Positions 1 to 8,940 of a stretch of 24,854 nt of DNA are shown here, piece by piece (the first letter of the stretch is position 1; the number at the start of each line of letters is the position of its first letter). Both the position numbers and the translations under genes were made by a program. The notes beneath the pieces are model-generated. The model searched no databases and was not told where the DNA came from. It saw nothing but the letters and a program-made list of their open reading frames with translations. The DNA comes from a virus (Duplodnaviria; Caudoviricetes): IMG/VR virus record IMGVR_UViG_3300022181_000084, positions 1 to 24,854 of that record; one strand, given 5' to 3'.

Positions 1-17
1 GTAAAGGTTGTGTAGCT

Positions 18-1019
18 ATGCTAGTTGATATCTATACTTTGAAATTAATAAGAGATTCTTTAGTGTTTGATATAACACCTTTATGCGAAGAATTAACCTG
101 GAAAGATAGTATTGATACCTTGGGAATGGAATTGGATTTTAGCATTGCTTATAATGACGCTAGATTCATTCCTAAGGTCAATATAGATTTAGGAGACCTA
201 TTAGTATTAAATAATAATGCAGTAGAGGTTTTTAGAGGGATTGTAGTAGATGAAACTATAGATGGAAGGTTTAAAAGGTCATATGTTGCTTTTGATTTTG
301 CGTTTTATTTAAATAAGTCTAAAACTATAATTCAATTTAACAAAATGAAAGCTGATGAAGCGATTAAAAAGCTCTGTAATCAATTTAATATACCTATAGG
401 TACTATTTGTCCTATACCTACTCTAATTACTAAAATATATAAAGATAAGACGATAGCAGAACTAATGGAAGATATATTAGAGCAAGCTACAAAAGAACTT
501 GGTTACAAATTTAGAAAAGAGATGAGAGCTGGTAAATTTTATATTGATAAGTACACCGATCTTGTTGTGAAAGGCCTTTTTAAACCAGCAAGTAATATAC
601 AGGCTTTTGATGTTACTAAGGCAATAGAAAAAGTGAATAGAAAAAGAAATATATCAGATATGAAGAATAGTATATTGATTGTATCTGGAGATGAAAAGAG
701 TGCAAGAATAGAAGCTAAGGCAGAGGATTCTTCATCAATAGCAAAATATGGACTTATGCAAGATGTTGAGAGTGTAGATAGTAAAGACATAGCACAAGCT
801 AGAAACATAGCTAAAAACAAGCTAGAAGAGTTGAATAAAATCGCAGAGGATACAAGTATAGAGGTACTTGGTTCTGACGAAGTAAGAGCTGGAAGGATAC
901 TAGAAATAACAGAGCCAGTTACTGGTCTAAGCGGTAGGTATTTAGTTAAAGATTGTACACACACATATAAAGACATGGTCCACAAAATGAGCATGAATAT
1001 TGAGAAGGTGAGTAATTAA
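18..1019 (+). CDS. XkdQ/YqbQ-like tail/baseplate hub protein
   Basis: 333 aa; motifs VFRGIV, AFDFAFYLNKS, SIAKYGLMQ, GRYLVKDCTHTY; first gene of an XkdQ-R-S-T-U type run. Confidence 0.8.
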   Translation: MLVDIYTLKLIRDSLVFDITPLCEELTWKDSIDTLGMELDFSIAYNDARFIPKVNIDLGDLLVLNNNAVEVFRGIVVDETIDGRFKRSYVAFDFAFYLNKSKTIIQFNKMKADEAIKKLCNQFNIPIGTICPIPTLITKIYKDKTIAELMEDILEQATKELGYKFRKEMRAGKFYIDKYTDLVVKGLFKPASNIQAFDVTKAIEKVNRKRNISDMKNSILIVSGDEKSARIEAKAEDSSSIAKYGLMQDVESVDSKDIAQARNIAKNKLEELNKIAEDTSIEVLGSDEVRAGRILEITEPVTGLSGRYLVKDCTHTYKDMVHKMSMNIEKVSN

Positions 1020-1279
1020 TGAGCTGGGATATAGAACTTGCTAAAAGATTTAAAAATACATCATCTGCTTCAAGCTCATCAGATATCTTGGTTGGAAAAG
1101 TAATATCTAAGAGTCCAGTGAGCATAGCTATTTACGATGGTCTTGCAAAACTTGAAAATCAGCATTTATATTTAGCAGATGGTTCAGATGCTTTTAATTA
1201 TAATCAAGGAGAAGAAGTTTTACTTGCTACTCCTGATGGCCAAGTATTTTTTATTATTAATAAGGCAAAAAAACTATAA
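1019..1279 (+). CDS. XkdR/DUF2577-like baseplate spike protein
   Basis: 86 aa; GKVISKSP and GEEVLL..DGQVFFII motifs; position after the XkdQ-like gene, TAATG coupling. Confidence 0.7.
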   Translation: MSWDIELAKRFKNTSSASSSSDILVGKVISKSPVSIAIYDGLAKLENQHLYLADGSDAFNYNQGEEVLLATPDGQVFFIINKAKKL

Positions 1280-1293
1280 AGGAGGTTTAAAGC

Positions 1294-1740
1294 TTGAGCA
1301 TATTTCCAATTGCAGATATAAGTCTACTCCAAAATGAAGAAATACAAGAAGAAACAGAACAGAGTTTAGGTAAAGTTTATAAGTTTGATTTTGACAATAA
1401 TAAATATTTATTGAAAGATGGAAAACTTATTGAAACTACAAAGACAGAAGCAATACAGCAATTTGTAAGATGGACTTTAAAAACTATTATAAAAAAATAC
1501 AAAATATATGATGAAGATTATGGTATGGATTATTCTTTTGTAGGTTATAGAAATCTACCTTTTGGATTCATAAATTCAGAATTAAAAAGGCAAATAGAAG
1601 AGCAATTAACCACACATCCTTTAATAAATTCTATTTTGAATTATAAGAGTTATAAAGAGTCAACAAGTCTTTATGTAGAGTTTGTTTTAGTTACAACAGA
1701 AAATGAAAACTTAGTTTTCAATGAAAGCGTGGTGATTTAA
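1294..1740 (+). CDS. XkdS/DUF2634-like baseplate protein
   Basis: 148 aa; FDFD...LKDGK, EAIQQFV, YKIYDEDYG, SELKRQIEEQL motifs; RBS AAAGGAGG upstream. Confidence 0.8.
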   Translation: MSIFPIADISLLQNEEIQEETEQSLGKVYKFDFDNNKYLLKDGKLIETTKTEAIQQFVRWTLKTIIKKYKIYDEDYGMDYSFVGYRNLPFGFINSELKRQIEEQLTTHPLINSILNYKSYKESTSLYVEFVLVTTENENLVFNESVVI

Positions 1741-2840
1741 TGAGCTTTGAATATAAAACAGTTGAAGAACTAAGAACAGATATTTTGAATAATATTTCTG
1801 ATGAACATGAAAAAAGCAAAGGGAATTTGACTTATGATATTCCTGCAGCTACAGCTATTGTATTAAATAAAACCTATGACAAACTTAAGGAGCTTACTAA
1901 TAAAGTTGATGTAGATAATCTTCAAGGTGAGGATTTAACTAAATATGTAAAGCAAAGAAGAGGGCTAAAAAGAAAACTAGCTACAAAAGCTAAAGTTGTA
2001 TTAACTATTACTGGTGAAGCTAGTATAAATATAGGAGATTTGTTTGAAACACATGCAGGTACTCAGTTTTCATCTACTCAAGCAATTTCTATAGTAGGTA
2101 GTGGAACTATATTAGCTGAAGCTGTAATTCCAGGAGAATCTGGAAATGTAGGAGCAAATACTATAACTTTAATGCCAGTTACAATACAAGGTGTAGTATC
2201 TATTACAAATATCGCACCTAGCTATGATGGATTTGCAGAGGAATCAGATGCAGCTCTTAGGGAAAGATACTATGAAGCAATTCAAAGACCTGCTACTAGT
2301 GGTAATGTATTTCATTATATGGCTTGGGCAAAAGAAGTTCCTGGAACTGGAGATGCTAAAGTTATATCTTTATGGGATGGAGATAACACTGTGAAGGTAG
2401 TTGTTATTAATGCTAATAAAGAACCTGCTTCAAGCGATATTGTGAATGCAGTCCAGGAATATATAGATCCTAAAGGAACTTTCATAGCAGAAGAAAACAG
2501 ATGGACATTATGGGGTACTGGTTCAGGGCAAGCGCCAATAGGAGCTTACTGTACAGTCATAAGTGCTGCAGGTTTCGTGCTTAATGTGTCTGTAGACATT
2601 ATGGAAGAAGAAGGATATCTTGCGGAAGAAGTAAAAACAAATATTGAAGAAAATATTACTGCATATCTGCAAGCTATAGCATTTAAGCAAAATTATATAA
2701 GCTATGCAATAGTAGGAAGTATCATAGTGCAAACTGACGGAGTAGCAGATTATCAAAACTTAAAGCTTAATAATACTACTGCTAATGTAAATATTGGTAA
2801 TGAGCAAGTCGCTATATTAGGCTCTGTTGCTTTAACTTAG
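1740..2840 (+). CDS. Baseplate J/gp47-like protein (XkdT)
   Basis: 366 aa; GESGNVGANTI, ESDAALRERY, SGNVFHYMAWAKEVPG, WDGDNTVKVV motifs. Confidence 0.9.
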   Translation: MSFEYKTVEELRTDILNNISDEHEKSKGNLTYDIPAATAIVLNKTYDKLKELTNKVDVDNLQGEDLTKYVKQRRGLKRKLATKAKVVLTITGEASINIGDLFETHAGTQFSSTQAISIVGSGTILAEAVIPGESGNVGANTITLMPVTIQGVVSITNIAPSYDGFAEESDAALRERYYEAIQRPATSGNVFHYMAWAKEVPGTGDAKVISLWDGDNTVKVVVINANKEPASSDIVNAVQEYIDPKGTFIAEENRWTLWGTGSGQAPIGAYCTVISAAGFVLNVSVDIMEEEGYLAEEVKTNIEENITAYLQAIAFKQNYISYAIVGSIIVQTDGVADYQNLKLNNTTANVNIGNEQVAILGSVALT

Positions 2841-2850
2841 GGGGTCTGAT

Positions 2851-3399
2851 ATGGAAAATAAAATTATAGAATTAATGCATAAGTTAGTAAGAAAAGACCC
2901 TTATGTTATAGACCTTACTAACTCTATAGACTTATCTATTGATGAAATAGAGCTAGTTTTAGAGGATATTGAAAAGCAATTCTGGTTTGATACTATGACC
3001 TGGGGTGCTGATATATTAGCTAAGCAGTTAGATATCAAGATTCCTGCTGGTACATCGTTAGAAGATAAGAGAAGTATCTTAGAAGCTAGATGGAAAAATA
3101 GTGGTAAATCAGATATATATCTACTTCAAACGATAGCAGACAGCTGGAAAAATGGAGAAATAGAAGTAGGATTTGTAAATGGTATAATACAGATAAAATT
3201 TATAGGAGAGTATGGAGCTCCAAGTGATGTTGATAGTCTTAAAAAAGAAATATACCTTTCTAAACCCGCTCATCTAGGGGTTATTTATTTGTTCAAATAT
3301 CTGCTTATAAAAGACATTCATGAGGTTTTAACATTAGAGCAAATGGAGTCATTAACATTAGATAAATTTGCTTCAGGAGGTGAGCCTATTGGCCAGTAA
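2851..3399 (+). CDS. XkdU/YmfQ (DUF2313)-like baseplate protein
   Basis: 182 aa; QFWFDTMTWG, SLEDKRS, KPAHL motifs; follows baseplate J. Confidence 0.8.
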   Translation: MENKIIELMHKLVRKDPYVIDLTNSIDLSIDEIELVLEDIEKQFWFDTMTWGADILAKQLDIKIPAGTSLEDKRSILEARWKNSGKSDIYLLQTIADSWKNGEIEVGFVNGIIQIKFIGEYGAPSDVDSLKKEIYLSKPAHLGVIYLFKYLLIKDIHEVLTLEQMESLTLDKFASGGEPIGQ

Positions 3400-5407
3400 T
3401 ACAACTAATTTAAATTTATACAAAAAAGACCCTATAGAAGATAAGGACCAGACCTTTAATATCAAAACTATGATGAATGATAACTGGGATAAAATTGACC
3501 AATTTTCATATGATATAAAAGAACTGAAAGCAGATAGAACAATGATTGAGAACAGTTATTTTTTTGACCTAGAAGCTTATTACGGAAATACAAAGTTAAT
3601 TGATGATTTTCAGGATATGAGTAGGTGGACAGCTACGGGAGGTACATTAGCAACAGATATATCCAACTACAAGTTAGGTAAACAAAGTTTGAGATTAACA
3701 CAAACTATCTCGGTCGCAAGTATCGTGGGCATGTCTTTAAATAATCTTAACCTGAATTTAACAGCTCTTAATAACAGTGAATTGAGCTCAGAATCTGATT
3801 ATATTGCTACAGCTTTTTATATTTCAGATATTACTAAAATAGATTTTACTGGCGGTCAGGGTATTTGGATATTATTTGACCAAACCACACCATCAGCGGG
3901 GGTTGATACAAAATACTGCAAGATTGGAGTATCAGGCTTAACAACGGGTTGGAACTACTTAAAAATAAAGAAGTCCGAGTTTTTGACAAACGTAAATGGA
4001 AATTGGACAGGTATAAAATCAGTACATCTTAGATGGTTCTCTACAGCTAACGCTCAAAACGCTTATGTATCCTTCCAGTTACTTCAATTGGTAAAGAAAG
4101 ACCCTTTAGAGGATAAACCTAACCCTTTTCAGAAGTTCGGACAAAGAGAATTAAATCATCATTTTGGTGAGTGGTTTATAGGCTACGAGTTTGATAATTT
4201 AGTAGCTAAAGAATTATCAGGGTCTATAGCTTCTATAAGGTCACTTAGCTCAATTAATAAGTACAAAGATTGCTATGCTGAATTTATAACTACAAAAACG
4301 GGTAATGACTGCATTATAGGCGGACTCTATGGAACATCAGGTGACTACATTAGCCTAAAAGTTGAAGGTAGTTTATTTCTTGTAGGTATAAGGGTAGCTA
4401 ACGTAGATACCTTACACACTTTTACAGTTAGCGGTACAGATTTTACTGTAAATCTAAACCGTAAGGATAATAACATCGAAGTTATTGTAAATGGTGGACC
4501 TTTACTTACAACTACATTCGATTACCTAGAAGAGGTTAATCTAGCTATAGGGAGTAATAACCCTGAAGTTAGCTACATTAAATCAGCTACAATTACAGAG
4601 ATAGCACATTCACATCATGCGGATATAGCTGAGAGATTATCAGAAAAAGGAAAGCTTGACTTACTGAGAGTGCCTAAATATATATCAAATAGCAATAACA
4701 CTATCATGCAACTAGGGCATGTAGTTGATGGTTTTAGCATATACGCAAAAATAATGCGACCTAGTTTAAATGATGGTAGTCAGCTATCTTATGCTGAGTT
4801 ATTCCTTGGCAAATATAAAACTGGAGCTACCGTTCAAGGAAAGTTGCAATACCTTATGGACCTAACTTTAGGTACATATAAACTACGTTTCAAATTAACA
4901 GACAAAGGTATTTTATACGCTCTATCACCTCAATACAATTATTCAACGTTAACAATGATAGAAGCTAGAGGATTTACAGAAGATATTAAAACCGTACCTG
5001 CTATAGAGGGTAATGTTATATGGGATAGTGAGGGAAACACAAGAAGCGTATGCGTTAATGAAGCGCCAACAGAAACAGTAATTACGTCAGGCTTTGCTGC
5101 TGGGTGGAGTGGCGAGATTAGGCTAGGTAAAACGCAAGAAGGGATTAAGTATATACACATAGTATCGCTGGCTAAAACTAGCGATATTTCTACAGGTGGT
5201 GATATACCATATACTATTCCAATAGGACATAGACCTATCAAGACAGTATCTGAAAATTTAGTCGGTTATAGTAGCAGCGGACCTTTTAAAGCTGGTAGCT
5301 CAATTCAAGTTAGGGTACAATCTGACGGAGTATTAGCACTTACAAGCACTGGGAGCGTTACAGCAGACGTTAGATCTATTGTAGGTGCTTTACTAACATT
5401 TATATAG
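3389..5407 (+). CDS. Tail fibre / receptor-binding protein (~672 aa)
   Basis: Start revised to TTG at 3389 behind AGGAGGTGA. N-terminal NTTNLNLYK...MNDNWDKID baseplate-anchor-type motif; beta-rich middle; C-terminal TIPIGHRP motif common in fibre tips. Confidence 0.75.
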   Translation: MASNTTNLNLYKKDPIEDKDQTFNIKTMMNDNWDKIDQFSYDIKELKADRTMIENSYFFDLEAYYGNTKLIDDFQDMSRWTATGGTLATDISNYKLGKQSLRLTQTISVASIVGMSLNNLNLNLTALNNSELSSESDYIATAFYISDITKIDFTGGQGIWILFDQTTPSAGVDTKYCKIGVSGLTTGWNYLKIKKSEFLTNVNGNWTGIKSVHLRWFSTANAQNAYVSFQLLQLVKKDPLEDKPNPFQKFGQRELNHHFGEWFIGYEFDNLVAKELSGSIASIRSLSSINKYKDCYAEFITTKTGNDCIIGGLYGTSGDYISLKVEGSLFLVGIRVANVDTLHTFTVSGTDFTVNLNRKDNNIEVIVNGGPLLTTTFDYLEEVNLAIGSNNPEVSYIKSATITEIAHSHHADIAERLSEKGKLDLLRVPKYISNSNNTIMQLGHVVDGFSIYAKIMRPSLNDGSQLSYAELFLGKYKTGATVQGKLQYLMDLTLGTYKLRFKLTDKGILYALSPQYNYSTLTMIEARGFTEDIKTVPAIEGNVIWDSEGNTRSVCVNEAPTETVITSGFAAGWSGEIRLGKTQEGIKYIHIVSLAKTSDISTGGDIPYTIPIGHRPIKTVSENLVGYSSSGPFKAGSSIQVRVQSDGVLALTSTGSVTADVRSIVGALLTFI

Positions 5408-5422
5408 AAAGGAGTTGAAATT

Positions 5423-5725
5423 ATGGTGGTACAAAAGCAGGAAGAGGTTTTAATAAATGCTCAGGGCGAGTTTCTACAGATACTTTATGAGTATCCTGAA
5501 ACATTAGAAGAGGGTCAAAGTATTATAGTACCTCTAAGTAATTATTATGAAGTATTAAATGAAGAAAGATATGATATGTCAGTATGGGATTTTGCTCAAG
5601 AAAAGTGGACAGGAAAAGGCGAGCAAAGACCGATTGTTGTACCTGAATTAAGTGAAATTGAAAAACTTAAAATATCACAAGCAGAGCAATTTGAAACTAT
5701 ATTAAATTTAATAGGAGGAATGTAG
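5423..5725 (+). CDS. Probable tail fibre assembly/chaperone (XkdW-like position)
   Basis: 100 aa; WDF..EKW motif and C-terminal helix SEIEKLK..QAEQFE; RBS AAAGGAG. Confidence 0.55.
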   Translation: MVVQKQEEVLINAQGEFLQILYEYPETLEEGQSIIVPLSNYYEVLNEERYDMSVWDFAQEKWTGKGEQRPIVVPELSEIEKLKISQAEQFETILNLIGGM

Positions 5726-5727
5726 AC

Positions 5728-5901
5728 ATGGATACATTATATGCAGATTTATGCGAGATGGGACAAAGAGCAACAAGAGAAAATACTTTAGGAATTAAAT
5801 TAGTTCCTGATGTACTTGAATTAAGACAGAAAACAGAAAAAGAGCTTGAAAGAAGAGGGACATTAGTTGGCTTGCTTGAAAAATGGAATTCTGCACAGTA
5901 A
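5728..5901 (+). CDS. 57-aa small phage protein, CD1375/XkdX-like (not in ORF track)
   Basis: MDTLYADLCEMGQRATRENTLGIKLVPDVLELRQKTEKELERRGTLVGLLEKWNSAQ; RBS AGGAGG upstream; LYADL..G...VP..LR...E.EL pattern and typical position. Confidence 0.7.
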   Translation: MDTLYADLCEMGQRATRENTLGIKLVPDVLELRQKTEKELERRGTLVGLLEKWNSAQ

Positions 5902-5912
5902 TTTTAAATTAT

Positions 5913-5930
5913 AGCCTTATGGCTTTTTTT
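5913..5930 (+). terminator. Weak rho-independent terminator between tail and lysis genes
   Basis: AGCC-TTAT-GGCT followed by T tract; only a 4-bp stem. Confidence 0.4.
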
Positions 5931-5959
5931 ATTTCTAACTTAAAGGATGGTGAGGTTAT

Positions 5960-6253
5960 TTGACAGTAGAAGTTGCAATGTTAATTTCATTTGTTTCTGT
6001 TGCTTGGGGAATATATCAAGGGGTTTTAAATCTTAAAAGGAACCAGATAAATGACACTAAGAATGATACTGCACAACTTACAACAATAATCGTGAAACTG
6101 GAAAATATAGGTGATGATATTTCTGAAATTAAGAATGACATGGGAAATGTAAAACATGATATGAAGGATATGAATGCTCGTTTAATTAAGGCCGAACAAC
6201 AATTGAAAGTCTTGAATAAAACTATATTTAAGAATGGTGATTCAAATGAGTAG
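5960..6253 (+). CDS. Lysis-module membrane protein (one N-terminal TM plus coiled coil; XhlA/holin-accessory-like)
   Basis: 97 aa; hydrophobic VAMLISFVSVAWGIY followed by heptad-like repeats; precedes the endolysin. Confidence 0.6.
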   Translation: MTVEVAMLISFVSVAWGIYQGVLNLKRNQINDTKNDTAQLTTIIVKLENIGDDISEIKNDMGNVKHDMKDMNARLIKAEQQLKVLNKTIFKNGDSNE

Positions 6254-6620
6254 AATAAGCAAAACGGTTGCTGAACTTGAAGCAGAACTAAAAGCTGCAA
6301 AAGAAAAAGAGAAAACTAAAGTTAGAGAACGAAGATATGTTGAAGCTAGTAAGCTAACTCTCTTCGTTATCGTAGGCATCGTCATAGGTGCTTTTTTTAT
6401 TGCTTCTTATTTGGCAATAATAACTGGAGATACCACTTCGGCTACAAACAATCTAGAAATTCTCACAAATTGGGCACAAATAGTCCTCGTGGCTATAATT
6501 GCTAAGTCAGGCTTTGAAAATCTCTCTAAAGGCAAAATACGAAGTCAAATTATTAAGAACAAGATAGAAAATAATGAAGAGTTGATTGAGGGTTCAGAAG
6601 ATTTCAGAAATGGGGTTTAA
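6246..6620 (+). CDS. Two-TM membrane protein, putative holin
   Basis: Start revised to ATG 6246 (MSRISK); hydrophobic segments LTLFVIVGIVIGAFFIASYLAII and WAQIVLVAIIA; directly upstream of the endolysin. Confidence 0.55.
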   Translation: MSRISKTVAELEAELKAAKEKEKTKVRERRYVEASKLTLFVIVGIVIGAFFIASYLAIITGDTTSATNNLEILTNWAQIVLVAIIAKSGFENLSKGKIRSQIIKNKIENNEELIEGSEDFRNGV

Positions 6621-6621
6621 T

Positions 6622-7686
6622 ATGCAAGATTTCATAGATAAAGTACTGCCTGGAGCTAGAAAAGGATATTTAGAACATAATATTTTACCTTCACTAACGA
6701 TTGCTCAAGCAATTTTAGAAAGTAATTCAGGTAAATCTCAGCTAGCTAAAAAAGGAAATAATCTGTTTGGGATTAAGGCAGATTCTAGATGGACTGGTAA
6801 AAAGATAAATTTTCCCACTAAGGAATTTATTAAAGGAAAAGAGATAACAGTTAATGCTTACTTTAGAGCGTATGATTCATTTTCTGATTCAGTTGAGGAC
6901 CATACAAAGTTTTTACTTACTAAGCGTTATGAAAAAGTAAGAAGCTCAAAGGATTATGAAGAAGCATGTACCGAGATATGGAAAGCTGGATATGCTACGG
7001 ACCCAAAATATCCAAATAAGTTAATTAGCATCATAAAGCAATATGAACTATATAAATATGACGAAGAAGGTGAGGGTTTGATAAACAGAAATACGATTCT
7101 TGATGCAGCTCTTATGCTGCAATCTAAAAAAGTAAAGTATAAACTAGGAGCTAAAGCTTTACCACCTAAAATTCCAACACATCTTGATTGCTCTGGCTTC
7201 GTGAGGTACTGCTATAAAGTAGCAGGGGTAAACATACCCGATGGTACTTATTTTCAATGGGATGCAAGCAATTCAATAAATGCAAAAGATTTAAAGATAG
7301 GAGACCTAGGTTTTAAGTTTGATCCTACAATGTCAACTGGAACTAATCACATTGGAATATATGCAGGTTCAGGAAAGTGGATTCATTGCAATGGTACAAG
7401 AAATGGAATCACTTTAGAAAAAACTAATATTTTCCCATATGCACGAAGATTAAAAGGTGTAAGTTTTACTAATATAAATATAAAAAAACAGGAGGATGAT
7501 GATATGCCAAGAATAGAAGTTAGTGACAAAGAAAAAGGATATGCTACAGCTGCAATAAAAAGACTCGCTGAGCTTAATGTTATTTCTAATCCGGATGTGC
7601 ATATAAAGAATTTAGAAACTGACCCAAGCTCATGGGCGCAGTGGGTAGTAAATGCAAAGCTGGCCGAGAAATTGGAGGGGAAATAA
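6622..7686 (+). CDS. Endolysin: GH73 glucosaminidase + NlpC/P60 peptidase + short C-terminal domain
   Basis: Start revised to ATG 6622. IAQAILES, NNLFGIKA, FRAYDS and GYATDPKY (GH73); LDCSGFV, GDLGF and HIGIY (NlpC/P60 Cys-His). Confidence 0.9.
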   Translation: MQDFIDKVLPGARKGYLEHNILPSLTIAQAILESNSGKSQLAKKGNNLFGIKADSRWTGKKINFPTKEFIKGKEITVNAYFRAYDSFSDSVEDHTKFLLTKRYEKVRSSKDYEEACTEIWKAGYATDPKYPNKLISIIKQYELYKYDEEGEGLINRNTILDAALMLQSKKVKYKLGAKALPPKIPTHLDCSGFVRYCYKVAGVNIPDGTYFQWDASNSINAKDLKIGDLGFKFDPTMSTGTNHIGIYAGSGKWIHCNGTRNGITLEKTNIFPYARRLKGVSFTNINIKKQEDDDMPRIEVSDKEKGYATAAIKRLAELNVISNPDVHIKNLETDPSSWAQWVVNAKLAEKLEGK

Positions 7687-7687
7687 T

Positions 7688-8017
7688 ATGAACGATTTTC
7701 AATTCAATATAATAATAGCGCTAATCCCAGTACTTGGGTTAATATTGACAACAATAGTTGGAAATGTTGCTAAGAAGTATGGCAAGAATTTAGATTTAAA
7801 AGCTGCTTCATTTTGGACTAAAATAGCTGTTTCTATATTTGAAGACAAATATGGAAAAGGAAAAGGAGATGAGAAGAAACAAGATGTAATTAAGTTTTTG
7901 AAAGAACAAGGAATTAATCTTAGTGAGAATCAAATAGATTTACTAATAGAAGCTGTGGTAAAAGAGCTTACTATTGCTGGAGTAATTAATAGAGATAATA
8001 ATAAAATGCTAAATTAA
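7688..8017 (+). CDS. Phage holin, LL-H family-like
   Basis: Start revised to ATG 7688 behind GGAGGGG; N-terminal TM then GKGDEKK...GINLSENQIDLLIEAVVKEL. Confidence 0.8.
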   Translation: MNDFQFNIIIALIPVLGLILTTIVGNVAKKYGKNLDLKAASFWTKIAVSIFEDKYGKGKGDEKKQDVIKFLKEQGINLSENQIDLLIEAVVKELTIAGVINRDNNKMLN

Positions 8018-8055
8018 TACTAAGATAAAATAAGTATTTAAATTAAAAATAAACG

Positions 8056-8088
8056 TATAGCTGGTTAAGTTGCCAGCTATATTTTTTT
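8056..8088 (+). terminator. Rho-independent terminator ending the lysis operon
   Basis: TATAGCTGG-ttaagttg-CCAGCTATA followed by T7. Confidence 0.85.
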
Positions 8089-8115
8089 GACATTAAAAAG
8101 AACATATGTTCTAAT
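8087..8115 (+). promoter_or_regulatory. SigA promoter overlapped by a LexA (SOS/Cheo) box
   Basis: TTGACA (8087-8092), 17 nt, TCTAAT (8110-8115) preceded by TGn; perfect palindrome AGAACATATGTTCT at 8099-8112 matches the Firmicute GAAC-N4-GTTC consensus. Confidence 0.8.
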
Positions 8116-8135
8116 GTGTGAAGGAGTGATTGAAT

Positions 8136-8885
8136 ATGATGAAATCGCCGATTTCAAGAATGGGAGGAAAATCAAAACTAAGAAGTAAGATTATAGAATT
8201 ATTTCCAGAGCATAAGTGTTATGTAGAAGTATTCTTTGGGGCTGGATGGGTTTATTTTGGGAAAGATAAATCTAAATGTGAAGTAATCAATGATAAAGAT
8301 AAGGAGCTTATTAATTTATTTAAAATAATTAAGCATCATAATGAAGAGTTTGAACGATTGCTGCAGTATGAAATTAGTTCAAGAGATATCTTCTTCGACT
8401 ATAGAAATGATAGTTATGATAAGCTTACTGATATTCAAAGAGCTGTCAGGTTTATGTATATAATATCTCAAAGCTTTGCTTCTAAAGGAGATACTTATGG
8501 ATATGCAACGTCTAAAGGTCCATAAAATAAGATTTTCAACACTTCAAACCTTAAAGAAGTTAGAGACAGACTGTCTAATACATTTGTCGAGAATCTTGAT
8601 TTTGAAGACTTAATTAAAAGATATGATAGAGAGCATACTTTGTTTTTCTGTGACCCACCTTATTTAGAAACAGCAGGATATCACTGTGAATTTAAAAAAG
8701 ATGATCACTATCGATTATATGAAGTCCTAAGTGGCGCAAAGGGCAAATTCATATTAACAATAAATGACCATCCTCTTATAAGAGAATTATATCATAGTTA
8801 TGATATTGAAGTTGTTGAAACCATGTATTCTGTAAGTAAAAATATTAATAAAAAAGTAAACGAACTAATAATCAAAAACTTCTAA
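8136..8885 (+). pseudogene. Dam/D12-class N6-adenine DNA methyltransferase interrupted by a single TAA (8523-8525)
   Basis: ORFs 8130..8525 and 8640..8885 share a frame and the sequence between them is open (NKIFNTSNLKEVRDRLSNTFVENLDFEDLIKRYD); motifs MGGKSKL, EVFFGAGWV, ND and DPPY. Confidence 0.85.
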
Positions 8886-8940
8886 AATAAAACCAACCTT
8901 TTTTTTAATTCTTCCATATATATAAATAGGAGGTGAAAAT

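Noticed and set aside
539-994. Minus-strand 151-aa ORF
   Set aside because: Antisense shadow fully inside the XkdQ-like gene; Ser/Leu-rich composition, no recognisable motif
3389-5725. Diversity-generating retroelement or invertible tail-fibre cassette
   Set aside because: No reverse transcriptase, invertase, template/variable repeat pair or inverted fibre fragments seen in this window
2523-6300. Minus-strand ORFs 2523..2756, 4939..5241 and 6016..6300
   Set aside because: Antisense shadows of well-supported phage genes
8640-8885. 81-aa ORF as a separate gene
   Set aside because: Same frame as the upstream MTase half and carries its DPPY motif; treated as one interrupted gene
8896-8923. Sporulation sigma (SigK/SigE) promoter for the 51-aa ORF
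   Set aside because: CATATATAT fits the -10 consensus only loosely in AT-rich DNA; not enough support
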